Assembly (NCBI GenBank): GCA_964524025.1
Contig: CAZGBT010000002.1
Location: 11,210-75,209 of the forward strand
From: an uncultured archaeon
Lineage (GTDB): Archaea; Aenigmatarchaeota; Aenigmatarchaeia; CG10238-14; EX4484-224
Direction of reading: 5' to 3'
DNA length: 64,000 bases
The translations under genes were made by a program, and so were the position numbers. Below the pieces are notes generated by a model. It searched no databases. It saw nothing but the letters and a program-made list of their open reading frames with translations, and was not told the DNA's origin. Positions 40,031 to 49,089 of the stretch are shown piece by piece (within the stretch, counting starts at the first letter, position 1; every line of letters starts with the position of its first letter).

Positions 40031-41495
40031 ACGCTTCTAGATCTTCCTTTACTCTATTTTTCTCATTAACAAATTCCATTAAGCATTTTTCAAACCTTCC
40101 GAAATCTTCTATTTCTTTTGAAATCCTCTTCCTGACCTTAATTAAAACAGGGTAGTTTACAGCTTCACCTATAATGAAAGCCTCTCCTACTCTTAACCCT
40201 GGTAACATTGAAGCTATTTCTGATGTCATGGCTTCGCAAGATTCACAAATATGCCTTATGTCATAGGGATTCACTATCCTTAAGACTATGAACGTATTAC
40301 ATTGACTGAGAGCGGTAGTAGAAAGCCTAATTGGTCTTTGAGAAATTAAAACTAAAGAAAAATTAAATTTTCTTCCCTCTCTAGCTATAGTCTCTATTAT
40401 TTCACGAGAAATAGCAAACTCTCTTTCCCTTATCTGCGGGACGAATTGGTGGGCTTCCTCTATAAACATTATAACTGGTGGTATCTTGTTTGACCTTCTA
40501 GCCTCAAAGAGTTTCCTTGCTATATAAGTTACTATGATTTGCTTTTCTCTTAGTTTAATAAAATCCGAAAGGTCTATTACACTTAATTGATTTGGCGATG
40601 CTAAATCTTCGAAACTAGGAGAATCGAAATTTGAAAAAAGCTTTGTCGAAGCTAGAGTAGAAAGCCAAGAAAGTAATGCAAATTTAGTTTTTGAATTTAT
40701 ATCACTAAGCTCTATAGCCTGCATTAACTCTTCTATTCCATAATTTTTCTTAACTTCCTTAAGCTTTTCTATCACCCTTTCAAGATCTCTTCTCTGAACT
40801 ATTGACATTTGAGGGAGAAATTCTGAAAAGTTAAGAGCAGAAAGTTTTGATGTATCAATTTTAATTTGCTCTCTTCCAAAAATTTTAGTTTTTTCTGAAA
40901 ATTCTTTTGAAAGCTTAAACGATTTGTATTCGCCATGAGGATCTATTACTATTATAGCAGGAGAAATATCCCTCTTAAGAAGTTCTTCTATTAAAGTGGA
41001 AGCTAAATAACTTTTTCCTGCCCCACTTACAGCCAATATTGCTAAATGTTTTTGAAAAAGTTTTGAAAGATTTAATCTTACTTCAACGTTATGTAAAAAT
41101 ACACTCCCAATTTTTAGCCCATCATCGCTAAAACCAAAAAAATCCTTTATTAGCGATGGCGAAGCCTCAAAGACTTCCTCTCCAGGAGACGGCGGAGTCA
41201 CAACTCTTACTTTTTCTCCATCCTTTACCAACCCTAAACAATTAACCTCTGCTATTAAGTATTCCCATCGGTCAAGGGGAAACTTAAAGAAAGCTTCCTC
41301 TCCAAAATTCTTTACTACTTCTGCATTCATGAAATACCTGTTGGTTTTAATAACGTTATACACTCTTCCTACCAATTTGCCTTCTCCTGTTTTTACTTCA
41401 ACAAGCATTCCTCTTTTGATAGGATTTTCTGCCACAAAATAAAATTTTTCGCAATTTGGTGTATTTCCTATACAAATTACTTTGCCAAGCCTCAC
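40023..41495 (-). CDS. herA: HerA/FtsK-class hexameric helicase
   Basis: HAS-barrel N-terminus, Walker A LAVSGAGKSY, IDPHGEY, FIEEAHQF. Convergent with rad50 (8-nt overlap). Confidence 0.85.
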   Translation of the reverse strand: MRLGKVICIGNTPNCEKFYFVAENPIKRGMLVEVKTGEGKLVGRVYNVIKTNRYFMNAEVVKNFGEEAFFKFPLDRWEYLIAEVNCLGLVKDGEKVRVVTPPSPGEEVFEASPSLIKDFFGFSDDGLKIGSVFLHNVEVRLNLSKLFQKHLAILAVSGAGKSYLASTLIEELLKRDISPAIIVIDPHGEYKSFKLSKEFSEKTKIFGREQIKIDTSKLSALNFSEFLPQMSIVQRRDLERVIEKLKEVKKNYGIEELMQAIELSDINSKTKFALLSWLSTLASTKLFSNFDSPSFEDLASPNQLSVIDLSDFIKLREKQIIVTYIARKLFEARRSNKIPPVIMFIEEAHQFVPQIREREFAISREIIETIAREGRKFNFSLVLISQRPIRLSTTALSQCNTFIVLRIVNPYDIRHICESCEAMTSEIASMLPGLRVGEAFIIGEAVNYPVLIKVRKRISKEIEDFGRFEKCLMEFVNEKNRVKEDLEAFK

Positions 41496-41546
41496 ACTAT
41501 ACCTTTTTAGATATGAAATAAAAATTTATCCATACTTCTTTTCAAT

Positions 41547-42305
41547 ATGGAGTTTAAGTTTCTCAAGGATTTTCCTGCAATTTTTATTAAAAAATTAAAT
41601 GCACTTGTAATAGCTGATCTGCACATCGGACTTGAATTTGAACTACTTTTTAAAGGAATTAGAATACCCAATCAGGCTAAGTCGTTCCTGGAAAAATTAA
41701 TGAAAATTTATGATAGAATAGGATACCAAAGACTTATAATTTTGGGAGATTTGAAGCATAAGCTAATAAGAACTACAAGGATAGAAGAAAAGATAATTAA
41801 AAATTTTGTAAAAGAACTAAGCAAAAAATTTGAGGTGATAATTTGCAAAGGAAACCATGATGCAAAAATTTCTCTGATGTTGCCAGAAGAAGTTAAATTG
41901 GCTTCTTCAAAAGGCATTATTTTAGAGAATTTTGGCTTCTTCCACGGCCATGCATGGCCCTCAAAAAAACTCTTAGATGCAAGTTACATTTTTATGGGAC
42001 ATATTCATCCAGCAGTTTATCTTACAGACGTATTTGGAGAAAGATCTATAAAACCTGTTTTTATTGTGGCTGAGGTTAAGAAAAAAGAATTAGAAAAAAT
42101 TTATAACAGAAAAGCGAAGATTAAGAAATTGATAATACTCCCAGCCTTTAACAAATTCTCTGGAAATTTACTGATTGATATTTCTTTTTCCAGCGAAAAA
42201 TTTTCAAGCCCACTTTGGAGAATTAATTTGATAGATTGTAGAAAAACTGAAATTTACCTTCTTGATGGCAGATTCTTAGGAAATTTAGAAAAAATAAAAA
42301 GTTAA
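41547..42305 (+). CDS. Calcineurin-like metallophosphoesterase (MJ0936/SbcD-like)
   Basis: ADLHIG, ILGDLKH, CKGNHDA, GHIHP motifs. Not NurA. Confidence 0.75.
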   Translation: MEFKFLKDFPAIFIKKLNALVIADLHIGLEFELLFKGIRIPNQAKSFLEKLMKIYDRIGYQRLIILGDLKHKLIRTTRIEEKIIKNFVKELSKKFEVIICKGNHDAKISLMLPEEVKLASSKGIILENFGFFHGHAWPSKKLLDASYIFMGHIHPAVYLTDVFGERSIKPVFIVAEVKKKELEKIYNRKAKIKKLIILPAFNKFSGNLLIDISFSSEKFSSPLWRINLIDCRKTEIYLLDGRFLGNLEKIKS

Positions 42306-42508
42306 GCGGGAAGTTCGGTTATGATGCCACTTTCCAACTCTGTTAAATTTTCTGTATATTCCTCTATTTCGCTTTCAACCATTTTTTCTATCTCTGATTC
42401 ATTATATTTAGTTATAGTTGGTGCTGGAAGTTTTCTAAAATAGATAAGAATAGCTAAAGCTAGTACTATAGCAATTAATGCTATTACCATTAACACTATC
42501 TTCTCCAT
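42302..42508 (-). CDS. Small single-TM protein with acidic tail
   Basis: 68 aa, one hydrophobic helix. Overlaps upstream gene by 13 nt. Confidence 0.35.
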   Translation of the reverse strand: MEKIVLMVIALIAIVLALAILIYFRKLPAPTITKYNESEIEKMVESEIEEYTENLTELESGIITELPA

Positions 42509-43542
42509 GGTAAGATACCTCTCATCCTCCTTTCAACTAACTTTTTGATCGTTTCGTTAACACCCTCTGCTAGCGGAAGTAACTTGCTTGGAATCCTTCT
42601 ACACAAAAACGGATGGGCTGCACAAAATTCTTTACATTTTTCTTCTTCTTGATGTTCAATGCAATACTTCACCATGTAAGCCTTCTCTAAAAATCGCTGA
42701 GCCCTCTTTATTTTAGCGCATTTTGGATCTTCTGGATTTTTAAGGCAGTATTCTATTAACCTTTTAGTTTTTAAACTCACACAAATTCTTGCTAACGGAT
42801 GTTTTTTACAATATTTTTCTGTAACTTTTAGCTTAAACTTCTCGCAAAACGTACTTTCTGGATTCTTTTTGCAATAAGAGACAATCCATTGCCTACATCT
42901 TTCATCCTCCAAATTCAGCAAGCAGTAAACTCTCTTTATAGCTATGCACCTTCTATCGTTTGGATGGTCTCTGCAAAATCTTGCAATCTTTTCTCTACAG
43001 TTTTCGTCGAAAGTTACATTACAATAAGCTGGACCTATTCCTTTAATCTCTCTTTTGCATATTTCCGGATGTTTTTTACAAGCCTCTTTTATTTCTTCAA
43101 AAATTTCATAACGTTTTGGCAATCTTTTTGCTTCAAGTACGTAAGCGTAATAAACTTTATTATTAAGCGTTAGCTTTCCTACCCAAATCAGATTCTCTCC
43201 TTTTATCGTTAAGGTAAGATTAATGCTTCCCTTTAAAGTATTATTCTGATATAGTTCAGCGTAAAATGTATCGTTTACTTGGTGAATGTTCTTTAGTCTA
43301 AATCTTTCGTTGTCAAAGAAAAGTAAACCGAAATCTATTTCTTTACTTACACCACCAACAGCCACTTTTACTCTTATTACTCCAATTTTTAAGACGTAAG
43401 GCTGGAGCATGTTGCTTGGGTCTATCGCTATTCCTCTCCCTAAAACTCTTACCATCTTTATTTTTGGCTTTACTGGTTGAGCAAAAGCTACCGGTAGAAA
43501 AGCTAATACTAAAGCCAGAAAAAGCAAGTTTCTAGCTTTCAT
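42496..43542 (-). CDS. Secreted Cys-rich repeat protein (about seven [FY]-C-[KRL]-[KD]-[HN]-P ... C units)
   Basis: Signal peptide MKARNLLFLALVLAFLPVAFAQ. Repeats ACKKHPEIC / FCRDHPNDRRC / YCKKNPESTFC / YCKKHPLARIC / YCLKNPEDPKC / YCIEHQEEEKC / FCAAHPFLC. Confidence 0.6.
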   Translation of the reverse strand: MKARNLLFLALVLAFLPVAFAQPVKPKIKMVRVLGRGIAIDPSNMLQPYVLKIGVIRVKVAVGGVSKEIDFGLLFFDNERFRLKNIHQVNDTFYAELYQNNTLKGSINLTLTIKGENLIWVGKLTLNNKVYYAYVLEAKRLPKRYEIFEEIKEACKKHPEICKREIKGIGPAYCNVTFDENCREKIARFCRDHPNDRRCIAIKRVYCLLNLEDERCRQWIVSYCKKNPESTFCEKFKLKVTEKYCKKHPLARICVSLKTKRLIEYCLKNPEDPKCAKIKRAQRFLEKAYMVKYCIEHQEEEKCKEFCAAHPFLCRRIPSKLLPLAEGVNETIKKLVERRMRGILPWRR

Positions 43543-43546
43543 ATTC

Positions 43547-46075
43547 TCAAATTAACTTTCTTTTTTTAAATTCTTCCAAAAGTTCTTTTTCGCTTTCTGT
43601 TATTTTGTCCTTTAGTTCTTCCAACAACTCCAAATCTTTTTTAGAAAGTATAGAAACTAATATGTCACCTTCTTTAAAAGTTCTGCCAGCAACTGGCTCG
43701 TCCATACTAATAGCTACTTTATCTCCAGGTAACGCTTTCTGTATAGATTCTCCATGAACCTGGATTTCTTTTATTTTTCCAACAAATTTTCCATCAAGTT
43801 TTTGGAGCGAAACTTTTGGTTTTAAATAGCCAGCTAAAACTTCTACTCCTACTATGCAAGGTTTGCTACTTCTAAATATGCAACCCTTTAGGACTTTAAC
43901 TTTTACAGGTCTTGTAACCATTTCCAGCTTTTCTTTTATCTCCCTTTCTCTTTCTTCTTTTACCCACTTTTCGTATTCTTCGACAATCCTGTAGATTATA
44001 TTTCCTTCTATTAACTTTACACCAAAATCTTTTGCCATCGCCTTTATGTCTTCAGGAACTTTTACGTTAAAAGCAAAAATAACCTTTTTATACCTATCTG
44101 AAAAGTTTTTCATTTCTATTAAATCCTCTTTCTTAGGAGGCCCAACTTCTGCTTTTCTTATTTCAATACCTTTTTCACTTAGCATTTTCAGCATGGCTTC
44201 TAAACTTCCTAAAGTATCTGCCCTAACTATTACACCTTCTATGCTTTTTGAAAATTCTATTTTCTCAACTTCAGCTTTAATGGCACTTTTAGCCTTTTCA
44301 ATATCTTCTTCTCTCCTAACTGCTATAAAAGGTGAACCAGCTATTACCCTATCCAGGTTTGGGGCAAATATTTTAACACCAGCAGCTGCTCTAACTTCCT
44401 CTACGTTAACAAACTTTTTTTCAACCCTTATTTCCTGAAGTGGTCTAGGAAGCAATAAAGCTCTAATTTTAGTAACAAGCGGCTCTTTCATTCCAATTAC
44501 TAAATAATCTCCCCTTCTAAGACTTCCATCGTACAGAATTACATCAATAGTAGTTCCTAACCCTCTCTCCTCTTTTACTTCTAAAACAGAACCTCTAGCT
44601 ATTCCAGACAACTTTAGCCTATCTTTCAAAAATTTTTGTGCCAAGCCTGCAAGCACCATTAAAAGTTCTGGGACTCCTTCTCCTGTAATTCCTGAAACGG
44701 GAACTATCGCAACTTGCTTTTTAAAATCTTTAACCTTATCAAACCTTTCGGCTTCAAAACCTCTTTCTATAAATTGCGAAATTAAAAAGTAAATCTTCTT
44801 TTCCAATTCCTCTTTAACATAATCTGGTTGCTTTTTAAAACTTTCTATAAAACATTCATTTTCATGAATAATCCATCCAGGGATTTTATCTATTTTAGTA
44901 GCCGCGACTACAAAAGGAACTTTAAATTGCTTTAATATGAAAAGACTCTCATCTGTCTGTTCTTTAAATCCTTCATTTACATCTATTACTAAAATAGCTA
45001 GGTCAGCAACGCTTCCTCCTCTTTTTCTTAGAGAAGTAAAAGCTGCATGGCCTGGTGTATCTATAAAAAGTAAGCCTGGTACTTCAAGCTTTACTTTAAA
45101 CTTCTCTAAAAGATTTCCGCATATTTTTTCTATAATTTCAAGCGGTACATAAGAGGCTCCAACATGTTGGGTAATTTGTCCTGGTTCGGATTTGCAAACC
45201 GAGGTTCCTCTTATCTTATCAAGAAGTGTTGTGTTATGGACTATTACATTATTAGCTATAAAGTTTTGGAAATGAGGAATGGTTAAATCATAAACAAAAC
45301 CTTTGTATGGTATTTTTCTCTTTCTTATTATTCTAACGAATTTTAATTCCTTTCTCCTTTTTTTGCAAACTTTAACGAGCGTCCATTTATTTCTAATTCT
45401 TTTTATTTTGCATAAGATACCAACACGAAGTAAGATTGTTTTTAAATTTAACAACGTAGAATAGTCTGAATACTTAAATTTTCTTAAAATGTTTTTAGCA
45501 AGTTTCTTTAGCAAGTAATTAGGTATTTTATATAAGCTGTTGATGCTTATATCTTGTGTATTTTCCTCAATATTTTTTACATCTATAGGCAATCTTAACG
45601 GGATTGCTATTCTATCTCCTTCAAAAATGCTCTCACAACTTACCCAGCCATCTTTAGTTAGGAAAGGGTGTTCTGGTGTTACTTTTATCTTATCGCCCAA
45701 TTCAGTTTCTATTTCATAAAGGAAACTGTTTATAAAAATCTTCCATGCAAAATTAATCCTTGATTTAAATAGAGATGAGCCGTCTGTACTTATAACAGAC
45801 TCTTTACCTTTAAAATTTTCAACTAAATCTTTAATCTTAACTATTCTCCCGTCAGCTAAAATTACCTTTTCTGATGGATGTAGACACTTTCCATGATCTA
45901 TATGACCTATTGTTACTATTATTGGAGACCTTATTTTTTCCATGGATAATGAATAAGATTTTGGAGTTTTGTTTGTTTGTATAACAGTGTTATAGAACAT
46001 TCTATAAAAAACTAATTTAAAATCAATTGTGCTTTTAACAAGGGAACTAAAACCTTTAGCAATCTGCCTGTGCAT
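43547..46075 (-). CDS. infB: Translation initiation factor aIF5B (IF2-like GTPase) interrupted by an intein; probable true start at Met45 (about 45943)
   Basis: GHIDHGK|intein|TTLLDKIRGT P-loop, DTPGH, NKID-type downstream motifs, beta-barrel domains. Upstream 44 codons look like spurious extension. Confidence 0.88.
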   Translation of the reverse strand: MHRQIAKGFSSLVKSTIDFKLVFYRMFYNTVIQTNKTPKSYSLSMEKIRSPIIVTIGHIDHGKCLHPSEKVILADGRIVKIKDLVENFKGKESVISTDGSSLFKSRINFAWKIFINSFLYEIETELGDKIKVTPEHPFLTKDGWVSCESIFEGDRIAIPLRLPIDVKNIEENTQDISINSLYKIPNYLLKKLAKNILRKFKYSDYSTLLNLKTILLRVGILCKIKRIRNKWTLVKVCKKRRKELKFVRIIRKRKIPYKGFVYDLTIPHFQNFIANNVIVHNTTLLDKIRGTSVCKSEPGQITQHVGASYVPLEIIEKICGNLLEKFKVKLEVPGLLFIDTPGHAAFTSLRKRGGSVADLAILVIDVNEGFKEQTDESLFILKQFKVPFVVAATKIDKIPGWIIHENECFIESFKKQPDYVKEELEKKIYFLISQFIERGFEAERFDKVKDFKKQVAIVPVSGITGEGVPELLMVLAGLAQKFLKDRLKLSGIARGSVLEVKEERGLGTTIDVILYDGSLRRGDYLVIGMKEPLVTKIRALLLPRPLQEIRVEKKFVNVEEVRAAAGVKIFAPNLDRVIAGSPFIAVRREEDIEKAKSAIKAEVEKIEFSKSIEGVIVRADTLGSLEAMLKMLSEKGIEIRKAEVGPPKKEDLIEMKNFSDRYKKVIFAFNVKVPEDIKAMAKDFGVKLIEGNIIYRIVEEYEKWVKEEREREIKEKLEMVTRPVKVKVLKGCIFRSSKPCIVGVEVLAGYLKPKVSLQKLDGKFVGKIKEIQVHGESIQKALPGDKVAISMDEPVAGRTFKEGDILVSILSKKDLELLEELKDKITESEKELLEEFKKRKLI
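45233..45886 (-). mobile_element. Intein (~218 aa) inserted in the aIF5B P-loop; no recognisable LAGLIDADG endonuclease blocks
   Basis: N-terminal Cys (CLHPSEKVILADG), block B VTPEHPF (TxxH), C-terminal GFVYDLTI...NNVIVHN followed by +1 Thr. Confidence 0.8.
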
Positions 46076-46460
46076 AGAATTTTTGCTCGATACAAAAAGG
46101 TTAAAGCACGAATTTTGCGATAATATTTTCTCTGTACTAAAAGATGAAAGACTAAAAAGAGATCTTTATGAAGTAAAGAAAAAACTAATTTTTGGAAAAG
46201 AAGATATTTTTCTTAGCGGCTACAAATTCTGCCTAATAAATTTGTTTGACGAACTAGTAGGAATCTTAGAGAAGGAGTTTAAACCTTTTAACTTAAGCAA
46301 GACTAACCAAATCTTGCAGGTCTGCAAAAACTTGATTAGCTTGATAAAAGACGGAGATTTTAAGGAAATTGAAAGAAGTAGCAAAGATTTTAAAGTAAAT
46401 GTATTGTTTCCGCTAACCGAACTTATAAAGGAAAAACTAAAATCTAAGCAAATAGAGTAG
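46029..46460 (+). CDS. Hypothetical protein
   Basis: 143-aa ORF, no motif. 5' end may be shorter than the track. Confidence 0.35.
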   Translation: MLLTRELKPLAICLCIEFLLDTKRLKHEFCDNIFSVLKDERLKRDLYEVKKKLIFGKEDIFLSGYKFCLINLFDELVGILEKEFKPFNLSKTNQILQVCKNLISLIKDGDFKEIERSSKDFKVNVLFPLTELIKEKLKSKQIE

Positions 46461-46682
46461 TTTTTTGATCGAAGAAAACCAAAAAGTTTTAGTTTTTACG
46501 AAAAAGGCCGTTAGAGCAGAATAGGTTTCTGGAAAATAGTAAGAGAGTAGGGAAATTATGATAAAAATTATGAAAATTAAAAGTATAGCCGAAAATATTT
46601 CTTTCAAAGCTTTAAATGCGAGCACTATTATCAGAAGAAAGATAAAGAAAACAACCAAATTTAACATAAACTTAATTTAATT

Positions 46683-47498
46683 TTAATCAATTAATCCTCT
46701 TAGGAATTGCAAAGCAAGCTCTCCGATATCCTCAGAATAGCCTCCTTCTAGTACAACAAAAAAAGGAATTTCAAGCTTTTTTATAGCTTTTCCTATTTTA
46801 AAATAGCTTTCTTTTTTAAGCTTAAAATGAGTAAGAGGGTCTTTAAAGTAAGTATCAAAACCCATCGAAATAGCCAAAATCTCTGGGTTAAACCTTTTAA
46901 TTTCCAACAAAGCTTTATTCAAAGTTTTAAGGTAAAAATTTTCTTCTGTAAACGCTGGCAATGGAAAATTAATGCAATTTTGCCTGCTAACTAAGCCAGT
47001 TCCAGGAAAAATTCCCTCTTCATGTAAAGAAACATAAAGTACTCTTTCATCTCCTAAAAATATATCTTCAGTGCCATTTCCATGATGTGCATCCAAATCG
47101 AGAATTGCTGTCTTAAGATTAAGCTTCTCTACGGCTATAGCTATGTTATTAAAGTAACAAAAACCTCCAAGAAAATCTTTACCAGCGTGATGACCTGGTG
47201 GTCTTGAAACAGAGAAACCTTCTATTTTGGCTGCTTTTATAGCACAACCAGCAGAAATTAAAGGGTATACTATGTCTATATGAGGAGTATCAAAATCAAA
47301 ATAATTCTTGTTTTTAACTCTTTCAAAATGTTCTATGGTATGGACAAGCAATATATCTTCTTTTTTTGCTTTCTCAGCTCTAACAAAACTAAAACCATTT
47401 TGCTTTAGTATTTCGACTATCCTTCTAACTCTTTCTGGATTTTCTGGATGATTATTAAACTTATAAGAAAGACATTTCCTGTTGAATACAATTTTCAT
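46683..47498 (-). CDS. Histone deacetylase/acetoin-utilisation (HDAC/AcuC) family deacetylase, short form
   Basis: HHAGKDFLGGFCYFNN, DLDAHHGNGTEDIF, GFD...EGGY. Confidence 0.8.
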   Translation of the reverse strand: MKIVFNRKCLSYKFNNHPENPERVRRIVEILKQNGFSFVRAEKAKKEDILLVHTIEHFERVKNKNYFDFDTPHIDIVYPLISAGCAIKAAKIEGFSVSRPPGHHAGKDFLGGFCYFNNIAIAVEKLNLKTAILDLDAHHGNGTEDIFLGDERVLYVSLHEEGIFPGTGLVSRQNCINFPLPAFTEENFYLKTLNKALLEIKRFNPEILAISMGFDTYFKDPLTHFKLKKESYFKIGKAIKKLEIPFFVVLEGGYSEDIGELALQFLRGLID

Positions 47499-47570
47499 AA
47501 TTTACTCTTGATTTAGTTTCAATTTTTTAATGCCACTGCGTAAGTTTTTAAAAGTTTTTAAAATAACATA

Positions 47571-47645
47571 CGCCCCCGGCGGGATTTGAACCCGCGACCT
47601 GTGGCTTAGGAGGCCACCGCTCTATCCAGGCTGAGCTACGGGGGC
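47571..47645 (-). tRNA. tRNA-Arg (anticodon CCU)
   Basis: Manual fold of reverse complement: GCCCCCG-TA-GCTC-AGCCTGGAT-AGAGC-G-GTGGC-CU-CCU-AA-GCCAC-AGGTC-GCGGG-TTCAAAT-CCCGC-CGGGGGC-G. 75 nt, no CCA. Confidence 0.85.
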
Positions 47646-48389
47646 TCACCTTATATTTTCGTATTTTACGGTTTTGCCAAACAATTTTCTATCTATGAAA
47701 TAGCTTAAAAACCATTTCCTAAAACACTTCAATGTCCCAAAAGCCCCATACTTTTTACTCCTTCTAGAAGAAGCTATAACATACGTGTCTGTAACATAAG
47801 CAAATTTTCCATTCAATTTTTGTAATTTAAGACTAAACTCAACGTCTTCTGACGGCCATATGTTTGGGTAACCTCCTACCTTAATAAAAACGTTTTTCCT
47901 TATTGCCGTTATTATTGCTGGAAAGAAGCATTTTTTTACCTTCGCTAATTGCTTGTTTAGAAAGTTTGCAACGAAAAAAGGAAAGATCTGTTGATAGCTA
48001 TCCACTAAACACGGGCACGTGGCTGCTATTACGTCTTTATCTTCAAACGGTTTAGTTATAGCTTTCAAGAAATTCTTTAAAACGAAAGTATCAGCATCTA
48101 AAAAAATTAAAATTTCACTTTTAGCTTCCCTCGCTCCTACATTTCTAGCCAGACCGGCCCCCTTTTCTTTAATTACTATAATTTTATCAGCATATTTTTC
48201 TGCTATTTTAATCGTATCGTCTTCGCTTGCACTATCAACGATTATTATTTCATAAGGGCAATCGAAATCTTGATCTCGAAGGGAAAAAAGGCACCTTTCA
48301 ATATATTTCTCCTCATTTAAAGTAGGTATTATAACAGAAACTCTAGGGTTAATCACACTCCTTATTACTCTTACCTTCTTACTTGCCAT
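47646..48389 (-). CDS. Family-2 glycosyltransferase (dolichyl-phosphate sugar transferase-like)
   Basis: VSVIIPTLNEE, DAD/ED motifs. 247 aa, soluble catalytic domain. Confidence 0.75.
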   Translation of the reverse strand: MASKKVRVIRSVINPRVSVIIPTLNEEKYIERCLFSLRDQDFDCPYEIIIVDSASEDDTIKIAEKYADKIIVIKEKGAGLARNVGAREAKSEILIFLDADTFVLKNFLKAITKPFEDKDVIAATCPCLVDSYQQIFPFFVANFLNKQLAKVKKCFFPAIITAIRKNVFIKVGGYPNIWPSEDVEFSLKLQKLNGKFAYVTDTYVIASSRRSKKYGAFGTLKCFRKWFLSYFIDRKLFGKTVKYENIR

Positions 48390-48432
48390 TTATCTCAAAA
48401 ATTTTTTAAAACCTCTGGTTATTAAGATAACT

Positions 48433-49074
48433 ATGGCTGAGACTTTAAGCACAGGCTATATAATAGCTGGTGCTTATGCTCAGAAGTTAAGAAAAACTTT
48501 GTTCGCCAGGTTATCAAGTTTGATGAAAAGTGGAGAAATCCAGTCTCAAGAAGTAGCAAGAGCTGCAGGAGAAGTTAATAGATTAGTCTTTGAGATTCTG
48601 GTAAATGAATTAAAGTTAGACAAAGGTGATCTAGTAAGAATAAGAATAGACTACGAAGTTAAAGACGGTAAGATAGAGTGGAACTGGAATACTTTGCAAA
48701 TAGAAGCCTTCAAGAGGATGCCAGAAGAACAAATAAATGAGATTATAAAGAAAGTTCTAGAAAAAGGTGTTGGAATGCCAGAATATTCTGTAGAAAAAAT
48801 TGGAGAAACTAGGTTTGGTGATATAGTTTATAAAGTTTTAGAAAATGAAAGGGAAGTAGGAAAGATATTAGTAAGTAAAATCAATGACGAAATTCTTGTT
48901 AAAGGAGCAACAAAAGAACCAAATAGGATTATAGAGAGTTTTAAGATAAAATTAAGCGGAACTATAGAAGACACAATCAAATCTAACATAACTACGATAG
49001 TTCAGACCGGAAATCCAAGCGATGAAGAGAGTGTAAAAAAAGCATTAGAAGATATAGAAGAATTGCTCAAATAA
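48433..49074 (+). CDS. Conserved hypothetical protein
   Basis: 213-aa ORF between two GT2 genes. No assignable motif. Confidence 0.45.
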   Translation: MAETLSTGYIIAGAYAQKLRKTLFARLSSLMKSGEIQSQEVARAAGEVNRLVFEILVNELKLDKGDLVRIRIDYEVKDGKIEWNWNTLQIEAFKRMPEEQINEIIKKVLEKGVGMPEYSVEKIGETRFGDIVYKVLENEREVGKILVSKINDEILVKGATKEPNRIIESFKIKLSGTIEDTIKSNITTIVQTGNPSDEESVKKALEDIEELLK

Positions 49075-49089
49075 AATTTTCAGGATAAC

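Noticed and set aside
41547-42305. NurA nuclease expected next to herA
   Set aside because: Motifs (DLH, GDL, GNHD, GHIH) are those of a calcineurin-like metallophosphoesterase, not the RNase-H-like NurA fold.
45943-46075. N-terminal 44 codons of the track's aIF5B ORF (MHRQIAKGFSS...)
   Set aside because: Precede the conserved MEKIRSPIIVTIGHIDHGK start and overlap the neighbouring plus-strand ORF; likely ORF-caller extension to the first in-frame start.
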